The position numbers and the translations under genes are program-made. From contig OX597819.1 in NCBI GenBank assembly GCA_951406725.2, positions 113,460,001 to 113,524,000 of the forward strand: a stretch of 64,000 nt of DNA, given 5' to 3'. Every line of letters starts with the position of its first letter. Within the stretch, counting starts at the first letter, position 1. Below the pieces are notes generated by a model. That model was not told the origin of the DNA. It did no database searches and saw only the letters and a list, made by a program, of their open reading frames with translations. This DNA is from Octopus vulgaris (lineage: Eukaryota). Below are positions 1-13,259 of the stretch, in pieces.

Positions 1-301
1 CAATGTCTTGTTAGGGAGAGAAGTTAAGAGACCCAGTAAAGGTAATGGGAGAAGGAGAGATAGGTGGGGTGAGCTTATGTGTAGCTAACTGTTCAGAGGG
101 GGAGACCATTGTAGTAGAAGTCAGAGAAGCAGAATGAAGGCTTGGAATCAGAGGTTGTAGTGTGTGTTTGGTGATGGAGTAATCACCAATTAGTCTGATT
201 GATTTTTATCTTCAAGACAAACCAAAGCATCAGTGAGGAAGTGTGTCAGTTGGAAAAGGATGAATGAAGGTGAAGCAGTTGTATGAAACAGGGTTACTCA
301 C

Positions 302-366
302 GTTCGCTCAGCTCTTCGACAAATGGATCTGGCCATGTGGAGAGAGGCAGCTGTTTTCCCACCAGA
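302..366 (-). CDS. MMAB: Internal coding exon of cob(I)alamin adenosyltransferase (MMAB); downstream of the 18614-18711 exon
   Basis: Minus strand reads tttatttacag|TCT GGT GGG AAA...GAG CGA AC|gtgagt = SGGKTAASLHMARSICRRAER, which carries the PduO/MMAB RRAER motif (human [22 protein letters not shown]). 65 nt, canonical AG/GT, phase 0 start compatible with the upstream exon. Confidence 0.93.
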
Positions 367-1024
367 CTGTAAATAAATGAATAAATAAATATGAAGCCTT
401 GCATAATCATCATCATCATCATTATCATCATCATATTACAGCACTGTGATTATCATCCTGAGAACAATGGCCACCACCACCACCACCAACCAACAACAAC
501 ATAGCTGTTAAATCAACAAGGAACTTCTAGATGCTTGCTAGAAAACAAGTCAGTGAGAGAGGATCGCTGAAGTTCATCAAACTGCTAGAAATAGCAGTCA
601 ATTTCACTCAAAATGACGACAATAATTCTTCCACAAAGTAATTGATATATAGTTCTCAATATATTCTGTAAAGTGGATGGTATTAGGAAGGGCATTCAGA
701 CATAGAAACCATGCCAAAGAAGACATTGGAGCTTGGTGCAGTCCTCTGGTTCAGCAGATCCTGTCAAACCATCCAATCCATGCCAGCATGGAAAACAGAT
801 ATTAAATGGTGATGATAATGATGATATATACATATAATAAAAATGAGCTAAGAGAAATAACTCAGAGTAGCCAGAGATATGAGATTGTATGGTATTTAAT
901 ATACAAAGGTGTATTAAATGCTATTCAAGATAAATTCCTAATTTATCAAAATTATTAAGAGACAGTGAAGAAACACTTTGTGGTAAACACAACTGACACC
1001 AATATTTAATGCAGGCATTCTCTT

Positions 1025-1340
1025 CATCATCATCATCATCATCATCGTTTAACGTCCGTTTTCCATGCTAGCATGGGTTGGACGATTTGACTGAGGACTG
1101 GCAAACCAGATGGCTGCACCAGGCTCCAATCTTGATCTGGCAGAGTTTCTACAGCTGGATGCCCTTCCTAACGCCAACCACTCCAAGAGTGTAGTGGGTG
1201 CTTTTACGTGCCATAGGCACGAGGGCCAGTCAGGCAGTACTGACAATGGCCATGCTCAAATGGTGTTTTACACGTTCCACCTGTACAGGAGCCAGTCCAG
1301 CAGCACTGGCAACAACCTCACTCAAATGTTTTTTCACATT
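1025..1340 (-). mobile_element. Short RTE 3'-tail copy; related copies at about 670-825(+), 1775-1930(+), 4690-4928(+), 15415-15717(+), 36067-36410(-), 44721-44872(-)
   Basis: (CAT)n-cgtttaacgtccgttttccatgctagcatgggttgg...ctacagctggatgcccttcctaacgccaacc, the same organisation as the 3' end of the LINE at 23275. Confidence 0.85.
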
Positions 1341-1711
1341 CTATTTTATCAAAGAGAATATATGCTTAAAATGTTCTTAAATTAAATGATATTCATTTTT
1401 ATAGCATTATTGATACTGTCAAAAATTGCATAGATGATTTTTTTATTTAAATTTATGTCATATTAAAAGAGTAAAAATAAAAAATGGTTAATTTTTGGTA
1501 TGGTTTCTAATGGCTGGATGCCCTTCTTAACACCAAATATATTTATCATGGCACCTGTACTAAAGATATTGTCATGTCCTTGAATGGACCAGACTAAAGG
1601 GTCCTCTTGACCCTACATTTCTATTCCTTCCATCGTATGCAAACTGAAATGAGGAAATTTCAGGAGAATATTTGGATGTTTAATACACAAAGAAACCTGA
1701 TATACATATAC

Positions 1712-1750
<39 letters not shown>

Positions 1751-4240
1751 TAAATGATGATGATGATATATATATCTCAGAGTGGTTGGCGTTTAAAGGG
1801 TATCCAGCTGTAGAAACTCTGCTAGATCAAGATTGGAGCCTGGTGCAGCCATCTGGTTCACCAGCTCTCAGTCAAAATCGTCCAACCCATGCTAACATGG
1901 GAAGCGAACGTTAAATGATGATGATGATATATATATATATACACATATACATGTCAAGCTTCCACAAAGTTTTCCTCCACCAAATTCATCCACTGATTGG
2001 CTCAGTGTTATAGAAGAAGATACTTGCCCGAGGTTCCATACAATGGGATTGAACCCAAAGCTACATGGTTGCAAAGCAAGCTTCTTAATGACACAGATAT
2101 GCCAGACCTATAATTTATATAATTTATAATGTATATAATTCAATATATATTTATATTAATCAGATCAGTCCGCAAAGTTATCACAGACATTAACCCTAAC
2201 CCCAGCCCTAACCAACCAGATTATACTACTACCACCACCACTACCATTACAACACCCCAATTTACCACCATAAAACAACCACCAGTATCATAACAGCTCA
2301 CCATGACCTACATCATAACAGCATTACCATCAATACCATGTCACCGCCACCAACAGCAACACAACCACCACCACCTCCATCACTTACTATAATCTTTACG
2401 TATCAAGTTGATAAAGGATTATTTGAAAATGATTTTTCTGTTATATGCAGTCTGATGCAATAACATTGACGCCAACAACAACAACAACAACAACCAGACA
2501 TCTTTAAGCTAACATGCAAAATGTTACACAGTCACTTGACTTGCTAGAAATAACAATCAAATATCCCTCATACCACATTCTACTGTCTTAATGAAATGAA
2601 AGACATTGGATAATGTTTATAGTGTACATATCTGTGATAATAATAATAAAAAAAAAACAGGATGGTCAAAGGTGGAATGTCATTGATCATAAGTTTGTTT
2701 AATTAGGGCCAATTTGAAATTTAAAAGCGACAGCAAGCAGATTTCTTGGGCCCACCTTCTAATAGTATCTGATGGTACCAGAAATGGTACATCAACTCGG
2801 AAGTCACAATGGCTCAGAGATTAGAATTCAGGGTTGCTGATCACATAGCAATGATTTTAAACCAAATGTTATATTGGTGTTAGGCACTGGAATTAGAAAG
2901 ATCACCCAACCATAGAAACCATGCCAAAGCTAACACTGGAGCTGAACATGACCCTGGGGCTCTCTGGATCCTTATCAAACCATCCAACCCATGCCAGCCA
3001 GCATGGAAACTAAATATTAAACGATAGTGATGATGACGATATTACAACTGGTTTTGTGACCTTGAACAAGATACTCAGTTTGCTAGGTTGCTGAAGAAAC
3101 AAGGTTCAACTCCCTAATTCACAGTTTGATGGTTAGTAACAGGAAGAACATCTTATTGAAAGAAACACTTCAACAAAAACTCATCCCTCTGAGTAGCCTC
3201 TACCAATCACTTGACCATTAGAAACAGCAGCTTAGTTTGCTTTATATCTCAAAGAAATGAAGGTCACATTGGATAATGATGTAGTTCAGAGTATAATAGC
3301 TTGGAAAAAAGCTGGGATAGTCATGGCTGGGTAACATTGATTATGGGTCTGCTCAATGAAACACGGGATTCAATAATGTGGAGAATTAAGTGCCAAATAC
3401 CAAAAACAAAGCTACACAAAACCCATTCATTTGTACCATAGTGAAAGAGAGTGAGGCACTATTCATTGGTGTTGGTATAAGTCTGTCTAATTAATGAATA
3501 TTTCACTGGTACGATATAATACCTTTCTTCTATCTATCCATCCATCTTTACTGTCAACTATACCTGAAAGGGATGTTTGGTTAGAGTCCTTAGGAACCTA
3601 TTCCATAAGGCTCTATCAGAAGTCAGCGTCATTATAATTTCTGGCTGGATTCCCAAATGTGATCAACTAAGACTATCGATGTAATCCAACCATCTTGTTG
3701 TTGGTCTACCCCTAGGTCTCCTACCAGTTGGCTTGTTTTGCAGAATCTGTTTTCTATCTGTTTTTTCCTTCTTTACTGGTTTCAGTCATTGGATTGCAGC
3801 CATGCATTTACAATATTCTGCAAAGACATGTCTGGCCACAGGGAAATATTATCATACTTGGATAAGGATTGGAGACAGACAGGAAGGATATACAACTCTA
3901 GAAAATTTACATCAATAAACTCTGTCTGATTCATGCAAACATGGAAAAGTGGATGTTAAAATGAGGCTGATGATGATACTGATAAATCTGTATCAAACAG
4001 GTTGCTAACAGCCAATCGGCACAACAGATGCTTTGGCAAGGTAGTCTATGACATTAGAGGAACGTTCTTCAAATTTCTAAACTGATAGACAACATGAGAA
4101 CCTAAGTATAGTCACTGAAACTGGTAGAAATAGCAGTGAAATTTCTCTCAAATCACAGTTTACCATGTTTATTAGTCCACATTACTCTGTAAGGAGCACA
4201 GGACTGGTTTCTCAGTTTCCCTTGACATATATATATATAT

Positions 4241-4652
4241 TACTCTTTGACTTGTTTCAGTCATTTGACTGCGGCGATGCTGGAGCCCCACCTTTAGTCG
4301 AGCAAATTGACCCCAGGACTTATTCTTCGTAAGCCTAGTACTTATTCTATCGGTCCCTTTTGCAGAAACGTTAAGTTACGGGGACATAAACACATCAGCA
4401 TCGGTTGTCGAAGCGATGTTGGTGGGACAAACACAGACACACAAACATATACACACACACACACACATACATATATACATATACATATATACGACGGGCT
4501 TCTTTCAGTTTCCATCTACCAAATCCACTCACAAGGCTTTGGTCGGCCCGAGGCTATAGAAGACACTTGCCCAAGGTTCCACACAGTGGGACTGAATCCG
4601 GAATCATGTGGTTGGGAAGCAAGCTACTTACCACACAGCCACTCCTGCGCCT
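4241..4652 (-). mobile_element. tRNA-derived CORE-type SINE; other copies at about 12672-13052(-), 22225-22937(-), 26670-26900(+), 41249-41659(-), 47420-47790(+), 51300-51676(-), 57212-57624(+)
   Basis: Head GGCGCAGGAGTGGCTGTGTGG (A box) and GGTTCAGTCCC-type B box; CORE-like ccttgggcaagtg; internal (TA)/(TG) tract; aaagagta tail. Confidence 0.85.
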
Positions 4653-4924
4653 ATATAAATATATATATATTACTATATATATATATATATAAAAACACCA
4701 TCCGAGCGTGGCCGTTCGCCAGCCTCGTCTGGCACCTGTGTCGGTGGCACATAAAATCACCCACTACACTCTCGGAGTGGTTGGCGTTAGGAAGGGCATC
4801 CAGCTGTAGAAACACTGCCAGATCTGACTGGCCTGGTGCAGCCTTCGGGCTCCCAGACCCCAGTTGAACCGTCCAACCCATGCTAGCATGGAAAACGGAC
4901 GCTAAATGATGATGATGATGATGA

Positions 4925-4954
<30 letters not shown>

Positions 4955-4960
<6 letters not shown>

Positions 4961-5187
4961 CTAAACATATTAACTACATGTACTTATTTGCACTACTAAT
5001 AGTTTCCCATACATGCATATGTTCATCAGGTGTCAATCACACCATACTCCCAAAACTTTAGTTTAAATAGCGGAATTAAACTAAAGTTTTAGGAGTAAGG
5101 TGCGATTGGCACCTGATGAACGTACACATGTATGGGGGAACTATTAGTAGCATGATAAGTACATGTAGTTGAAATGTTTAGTAATAT
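4955..5187. repeat. Long imperfect palindrome (~110 bp arms, ~9 nt loop)
   Basis: atattactaaac...actttagtttaa atagcggaa ttaaactaaagt...gtttagtaatat. Confidence 0.9.
4987..5036 (-). ncRNA. Degenerate minimal type I hammerhead ribozyme motif in a Penelope-like fold-back (mirror copy 5106-5155 on +)
   Basis: Minus strand: ttgacac CTGATGA a catat gcat gtatg g GAAA ct att ag TA gtgcaaa, showing core boxes, stem II, short stem III and a GUA cleavage triplet. Stem I is completed by ggcac in the other arm. Confidence 0.55.
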
Positions 5188-5240
5188 GGAAATCTCATTG
5201 GATGGAGTACTCTTCATATTGACTTTTACATAGTTAATTT

Positions 5241-5293
<53 letters not shown>

Positions 5294-5949
5294 CCACGGA
5301 CAGGACACTGGTCTGTCACAGGATTACTAATTTTTACCAGCAGGTGAGTGGTCTGGAGCAATATGAAATGAAGTGTCTTGCTCAACAATACAATGTACTG
5401 CCCAGTCCAGGAATCAAAACCACAATCTTACGATCATGAGTCCAACACCCTAACCACTAAGCCATGTGCCTTTGCTCACCATGTTTATCATAGTAAAAAA
5501 AATCATGATATATTGAATAATGTTATCTGAGATAAAATATATAAAAATATGAGATGGTCATGGCTGGAATACTCTTGATCCTAGGTCATTTCAACCATGG
5601 CTGACCTAGACTAAATAACAACTGCTACCAGACTACAAAATCAATCATTTCTCCTATCTTTAAGCCCTGTGCTGGACAGATAAATATTAATGTTAAATCT
5701 GAAGATATTGAGGCAACTAAGTATTGATCTCATCTACATCCTTTGTCTTTCATGTATCAATGTAAGTGATTCAGTGAACTCCAATCAATACAGGCTCAAT
5801 GACTCATTGTATTATGCTCAAGCCTTGCCTTTATCCCACTAAGTTTCCTTTTAGTAACTTTCTCACTGGGCTAGCTTGGTAGATGTGCCACCAGTTCAGT
5901 GACCAATGGCCTATGTAACTGCTTGAAATGGATTACACGGTACAATACA

Positions 5950-6480
5950 ACAATGAACATGTACTCACTGACTCATTAAACCACACTCAACATGTACTCA
6001 CCGATTCATTATATTACTCTTATCATGGACATACAGACTAATAAATTGCACCTCCACTCAAAATGTACTCACAGACTCATCGAACCACACTCGACATGTA
6101 CTCACCGATTGATTGTATTACTCTTTTCAAGGACTTACTGACTGATAAATTGCACTTCCACTCAACATGTACTCACTGACTCATTGAACCACACTCAACA
6201 TGTACTCACCAATTCATTTTATTACTCTAATCATGGACTTACTGACTGATAAATTGCACCTGCACTCAACATGTACTCACTGACTCATTGAACCACACTC
6301 AACATGTACTCACTGATTCATTGTAGTACTCTTATCATGGACTTACTGACTGATAAATTGCACCTCCACTCAACATGTACTCACAGACTCATTGAACCAC
6401 ACTCAACATGTACTCACTGACTCATTGCATCTGGACTCAATAACACTTACTGACTCATTATACCTCTACTCAATATGTCC
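5950..6480. repeat. Minisatellite, 104 bp period built from ~31-40 bp subunits, ~5 copies
   Basis: ccactcaacatgtactcactgactcattgaacc units start at 6054, 6158, 6262 and 6366. Confidence 0.9.
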
Positions 6481-7151
6481 TGAGTGGCTCACAAAACCAC
6501 TCAGACTTTCACACTATATACATTAGCAAAACTTTAACTTGAAGGTCACAGTACATATCATGATGTTTGATAACCTGAAACTTAGCAGTACAACAAATAG
6601 AGACTGATAAAATAAGTACAAGAACGAAATAAAGTACTGGGAGTGGGGTTAATGTAAATAACTAAACCTTTGAAAGTAGTGCTCCAGTATGGCCATAGTT
6701 AACTGATTTAAGCCAACAGAAGAATAAAACACTATCAATGTAGTTCTGGATACTGTGTGCTGTAAAACCAGACAGGGTGGTCACAGCTGGAATGCTTTTT
6801 ATGTTAAGTTTATTTGATGAGGACTGATGTGGAGCTAAACAACAACAACTAATACTACCACTACTATTATTACAACAACAACAACTACTACTACTAATAC
6901 AACTACCACTACTACTAATGCTATTTGAACTGGGCCGGTTCATTTCAGTGCAAACATACATAAATTCTTCTGAGACCAGTAGTACAGGGTTTCAAGTTGA
7001 ATGTAAAGACAGTTTAAGTCTTAAAAGCGTATATATCATGCATATGCGTCCATATGTGTGTGTATATACAGATGTGTATAGATCTACATAAATATATCCA
7101 TATACATATATAAATAAATGTCAGTATGTGCAGGTATACATATATATGTAT

Positions 7152-7193
<42 letters not shown>

Positions 7194-7281
7194 TGTGCAT
7201 ATGTATATATACATATATATTGCGCATCATCATCATCGATGATGATGATGATGATGATGTATATATACATATATATTGTGC

Positions 7282-7324
<43 letters not shown>

Positions 7325-7524
7325 CATTGTGCATATGTATATATACATATGTATTGTGCATCATCATTATCGATGATGATGATGATGATGTATATATACA
7401 TATATAGTGTGCATGTATATATATATATATATATATACATACATAGTTGTAAATATTTGCAGCTATGCATGCACAGAACTAAGTAGATATGTGTGTGCAT
7501 TTGTAAAGGTGTGCATATATATAC

Positions 7525-7561
<37 letters not shown>

Positions 7562-8879
7562 ATATATATATATATATCAGTATGTTCATATGCAAATGTG
7601 AATGCAAATGTGGTTTCTTTAATATTGATTTTTGTTTCCTTTAAGAAGATAAAAGGTTTGTGTATTACATACAAATAGTAGTATGCTTGTGTTTGTGTGT
7701 GTGCCTAACTGCATGTTGTTATATGTGTATATATGTACATTTATGAGTGTGGATATGTATGTATGTATGTATGTATGTATAAATACATGTCTGTGTATAA
7801 GCAAAAGAGTTAGGAAAAGGAGAAGAAGAAGAAGAATGACAGAAATAAGACAGAGACTGCCAATTTGCAATCTGCAGACATCTGATGTGCAATGGTTCCA
7901 TCACAAGGTTTGGTCGAGATGAGATGGGATGGGACACGTGGGTGGGGTATGTTGAGGTGTGTGCATGCGTGGATAAGCCTTGCTGTCAAAGTTGTCAACA
8001 TCTTAGAATCAGATCAGTTCAGATGAAGAGTCTGCATGCTGCTCTAACAGTGCAGCCATGATGCAGATTCTAAGTGAGCGTGTGCACATGTGTGTGAGTG
8101 TGCACATGTGTGTGTGTGAGTGTGCACATGTGTGTGTGTGCACATGTGTGCGTGCACATGTGTGTATGTGCACATGTGTGTATGTGTACATGTGTGTGTG
8201 TGCACATGTGTGTGTGTGCACATGTGTGTGTGCATGTAGGACCATGCATATATGTGAATGATGGAATGTATGTATATATGTGTGTGTGTGAGTGTTTGTG
8301 TGTGTGTGAGTGTTTGTGTGTGTGTGTGTGTGCATCAACATGTTTACATATACACCACGCACACACACTACACACCCATGTACATACAACCTGCTGTAAC
8401 CTGTAAAATGGCATGTGTGTATCTGAGTGCAAAATACATTTGTATACATGCCACGTTCACACACAAGCACACATACATGCACACACACACATACCTCATA
8501 CACATGCATATGCACACATACCTCGCACACACACAAACCATATACCTCGTACATATGTACTATACTTGCATGACTGCACATACAGCCACACCCTCCACAC
8601 TCTCTCAACAGCAACTGCATCTTCATCATCATCATCATCACTACCGTCTCTACCATTGCCACCATTACCATCATCACCATCATCACCACATCATCTTCAC
8701 CATCATTATCGCCTGTATCAAGCTTTACATTATTGTTAACAACACTAATAACATGAACAACATTACTAAATGCTTGGACAGCAGCAAAATCAAGAACTAC
8801 TATTTCTACTACTACCATCACACTACTACTGCTACTACTACAATTAATATCAATGTCTACTTCTAGTATTTCAACTCCT

Positions 8880-8988
8880 ACTACTACCACCACCACCAAT
8901 CCTATTACTACTACTACTGCTACTACTACTACTACTACTACTACTACTATTACTACTACTACTACTACTACAAATAATAATAATAATG

Positions 8989-9080
<92 letters not shown>

Positions 9081-9147
9081 CCTTTCTAGTATAAGCACAA
9101 GGCCTGAAATTTGTGGGATAATAATAATAATAATAATAATAATGGAG

Positions 9148-9186
<39 letters not shown>
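8880..9186. repeat. (ACT)n and (AAT)n microsatellites (SINE tails)
   Basis: Directly visible. Confidence 0.9.
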
Positions 9187-9427
9187 GTCGATCACATTGG
9201 CCCCAGTACTTGACTGCTACTTAATTTATCGACTCAGAAAGGATGAAAGGCAAAGTCGACCTCAGCAGAATTTGAACCCAGATCATAAAGACAGAAGAAA
9301 TGCCGCAAAGCATTTTGCCCGGCGTGCTAACAATTCTGCCAAACTATAGGTACAAGGCCTATGAATGAACTATCCTTTGTTTACAGTTAACACGGAAAAT
9401 TCAATAAACAGTTACCAGGGTAGCAAA

Positions 9428-9657
9428 ATTCACACAAGTAACAAGGATGTAGCAACATGGAGTTGAACACAGGTGTTATTCAGATTCTTTTATTTTCGAC
9501 ATATGTTTCGAAGACAATGTTTTCTTCGAAACATGTGTCGAAAGTAAAAGAATTTGAATAACACCTGCATTCAACTCCATTTATTTACTTATACTATACA
9601 AATTACTGCACATTAACCTGGAGTTTCTACCTTTGAATCCTTGTTACTTGCGTGAAT
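9428..9657. repeat. Imperfect palindrome with half-hammerhead motifs
   Basis: Inner arms 9457-9515 and 9522-9580; outer arms 9428-9448 and 9637-9657. Confidence 0.85.
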
Positions 9658-10159
9658 CGATGTAATCAACTTACTCCCTCCCCTGAAATGCTGGCCTCGT
9701 GCTAAAATTTTAAACTAATATTGATCATTCCACTCTTCTTGCAAAGGAAGAAATAAGTACCATGAGGATGTACAGTTCAGTGCTGTAGATGTGAGAAGAG
9801 TGAGGGGGGGGGAGTATAACTGAAAGAGTATAACTGTTATATGAAAGTTTTACATGGACAAAAATTTTTGAAGTAAATAGGCAGAATTTATTTGTGTAAA
9901 GTCATGTTTAACACATTCAACTGTAACCAGTGGTGATGAAACCTATCAGTACAAGACTAGTCCCAGGCAAACATTTTCTAACAAGACTTGAGTAAATATC
10001 CATTTTGTGATGGTCTGTGAGTAATATCTTTAGATCATAAGACATACACGTTCTTGTGTCATTCCACCTTGTCAGCTATTAAAACTAAATTAACTCACAG
10101 CTCAATTAGTGTAGAAATTAGTGATGAGAGTATTTGGCTCACAAAAAACTGTGCTCACA

Positions 10160-10721
10160 AAGATCTGTTGAGTCAAGTGAAGTCATTGTCATGGCCGATG
10201 CCAGTACTGTCTGACTGGCCCCCATGCCAGGAGCACATAAATAGCACAATTCGAAAGTGGCCATTGCTAGTGCTGCCTGACTGGTCCCGTGCTGGTGGCA
10301 CATAAAAAGCACCATTCAAACGTGGCCATTGCCAGTGCCGCCTGACTGGTCCCGTGCTGGTGGCACATAAAAAGCACCATTCGAGCATGGTTGTTGCCAG
10401 TGCCACCTGACTAGCTCCCATGCTGGTGGCATGTAAAATGCACCATTTAAGAGTGGTCTTTGCCAGTGCTGCCAGTGAATGTAAAAAATACCATTTGAGC
10501 ATGGTCATTGCCAGTGCCACCTGACTGGCCCTCATGCCAGTGGCACATAAAAAGCATCCACTACACTCTCGGAGTAGATGGTATTAGGAAGGGCATCCAG
10601 CTGTAGAAACATTGCCAGATCAGACTGGAGCCTGGTGCAGTCTTCTGGCTTGCCAGTCTTCAGTCAAACTGTTCAACCTATGCCGGCATGGAAAGCAGAC
10701 GTTAAACGATGATGATGATGA
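10160..10721 (+). mobile_element. RTE 3' UTR copy with tandem ~55-60 bp units
   Basis: Repeated gccagtgcc-cctgactggtcccgtgctggtggcacataaaaagcaccattc units, then the common tail and (GAT)n. Confidence 0.82.
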
Positions 10722-10887
10722 ATCATAAGGTCATGAGTTCGATTCCCAGTGATGCATTGTGTCCTTGAGCAAGACACTTTATTTCATGGTGTCCACTCAG
10801 CTGGTAAAAATAAGTAGTACCTGTATTTCATAGGGCCAGCCTTGTCACACTCTGTGTCACTCTGAATCTCCCTGAGAACTATGTTAA

Positions 10888-11929
10888 CCCTTTTGTTACC
10901 AAACCGCCCAAAGCCGCCCGAATTTACCTATTCATATTTAAATGAGAATATCAGAGCAAATCTCTTTAGTACATTCGTGAAAACACGTATTATACTTCAT
11001 AAACAGTTCAACTACAGTTTTGTACAATAATCGAAGTGTAATTTTAATTCCGTGAATTTTGGGAGATTTTTTTCCGAAATTTGTTCCTATTGTGTTTTCA
11101 AAATTTGTAATTCTGACAAAAAATGGATACGAATTTCATTATATCAAGCAGCGAGTCAGAATTCGAAGGATTTTCTACTGAAGACCTTCATAAATCTAAC
11201 TCTATGACTGAAAAAAAAAAGCATGTGGTATTTGATAATGAATCTGATGTTTCATTTTCCGAAAGTGAAAACTGTGAATCCGAGATCTCCGACAGTGATA
11301 AAGAAAATGAATTAGCACCTGAATGGAGTGAAAATTTAAAAACTGTTTCTTTCGGTGATTTTTCTGAAGAAACTGGACCAAGCCACAGACTTTCCCAGGA
11401 GAGTAAAGCCTTAGACTATTTCTCTTTACTTTTTCGAATGAGCCTATTTGAAATCATTACGGCAGAAACGAACCGTTACGTTAAACGTAAACAAAGCGAA
11501 AGAAACGATAGTTTGTGGTTTCCCACAACCTTAAATGAAATTAAGACTATTTTGCCATAAATATTATTATGGGTATCAGAAAGTTACCCAGAATAACAAA
11601 TTCTATCGTAAAATTTTGTTGCATACCCAATTGAATATTAGCTAATAACCCATTTTCTATAGCGATGTTTGAACAAAATTTTAATAATTTTATATTTTGT
11701 TGAATTTACCTGTATCTACCTGCAATTAGAGTCACTTTGTGACAAAAATTATAGTATAGAACTGGTTGAGAATATTTCATTAAATTATCTTCCAAAAATC
11801 AGATTAATATATTGATAAATAAAAAAGTTATAGTTGTTTAATGAAACCAGACTAAATTTATGATTACGTTAGAAATTAATTGAAACACATAAGGGGTGTA
11901 TTTTGGTTAGAAATATAGTAACGAAAGGG
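10888..11929 (+). mobile_element. Internally deleted piggyBac-like transposon inserted in a SINE
   Basis: TTAA at 10884-10887 and 11930-11933. TIRs cccttttgttac / gtaacgaaaggg. ORF 11123-11560 has an acidic N-terminus and FSEETGP..ALDYFSLLF..IITAETNRY..WFPTTLNEIK, then out-of-frame IIMGIRKLP (PGBD N-terminal region). Confidence 0.88.
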
Positions 11930-13259
11930 TTAAGGGCATGCGTATCTGTGGAGTGCTCAACCGCTTGTACATTAATTTCACAAGCAGGCTGTTCCGTTAA
12001 TTGGATCAACTGGAACCCTTGTCATCGTAACCAACAGAGTTCCAGTTAAGTATCTCCCATAATGATACTCATGTTTTTTCTCCATTACAACACATGAATG
12101 AGAAAGGAAGGGGAGATGGCAAACTTGGTAGTGGGATGATGTAAGTCCTATGGTGAAAAACAAAAATCAAACAGCGTTTCAACTCTGTGTGAGTATATGT
12201 GTGTGTATGTAAAAGGGAGTATGTGAATGTTTGTTTGTGTGCGTGCATGTATGCGAGGGAAGTGGAATGGTGAACAATCAATGTTGAAAAGAAAAATCAA
12301 ACAGTGTTTCAACTCTGTGTGAGTATGTGTGTGCATGTACAATGGAAGTATGTGAATGTTTGTATCTGTGATTATTACGTACCTTACTCTGTACCTTATC
12401 TTTATATAAGATACTACAATTAGTAACCATTTTTAATGGCACAGAGCCAGCTAGTAGAAATATATCTATGAAAAGAGCAGACAGAATGTTTGTGCCGGAG
12501 TGTGAATTCCTCGGTCCAATGAGCTAATGACATTACTCAAAGCCCAAAATAAAATGTCTGGATGGAGAATTTTTCCCCCAGGACTACTCTTGAAGCATTA
12601 GGTCTTGTAACATCTGATTGCAATTCAACAATTCAGATATAACTTTACATACTCTCTCTCTTTTTTTTTTCACTCTTTTTACTTGTGTCAGTCATTTGAC
12701 TGTGGCCATGCTGGAGCACCGCCTTTAGTCGAGCAAATCAACCCCAGAATTTATTCTTTGTAAGCCTAGAACTTATTCTATTGGTTCTCCTTTGCCAAAC
12801 CGCTAAGTTACGGGGATGTAAACACACCACCATCAGTTGTCAAGCGATGTTGGGGGGACAAACACAGACACACAAACATATACATACACATATACATACA
12901 TATAAATATATATACACACACATATATACGATGGGCTTCTTTCAGTTTCCATCTACCAAATCCACTCACAAGGTTTTGGTCGGCCCGAGGCTATAGTAGA
13001 AGACACTTGCCCAAGGTGCCACGCAGTGGGACTGAACCCGGAATCATGTGATTTGTAAGCAAGCTATTTACCACACAGCCACTCCTGCGCCTATATCTAT
13101 ATATATTATTCCAAACTGCTTCATACAACAAAATCTGCAGAGTTAAGTGTGGCATTTGGGTAGAGTTGGGTACTCCAAGGAAAATTTGATTGGTTACAGT
13201 TGTTCCAGTTTGGGTACTTCACATACAAATTGACAACAGATAACAGTAAGGCCATCAAC

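Noticed and set aside
4560-4652. tRNA gene-like A/B boxes
   Set aside because: These are SINE heads attached to CORE/tail sequence and do not form a full cloverleaf.
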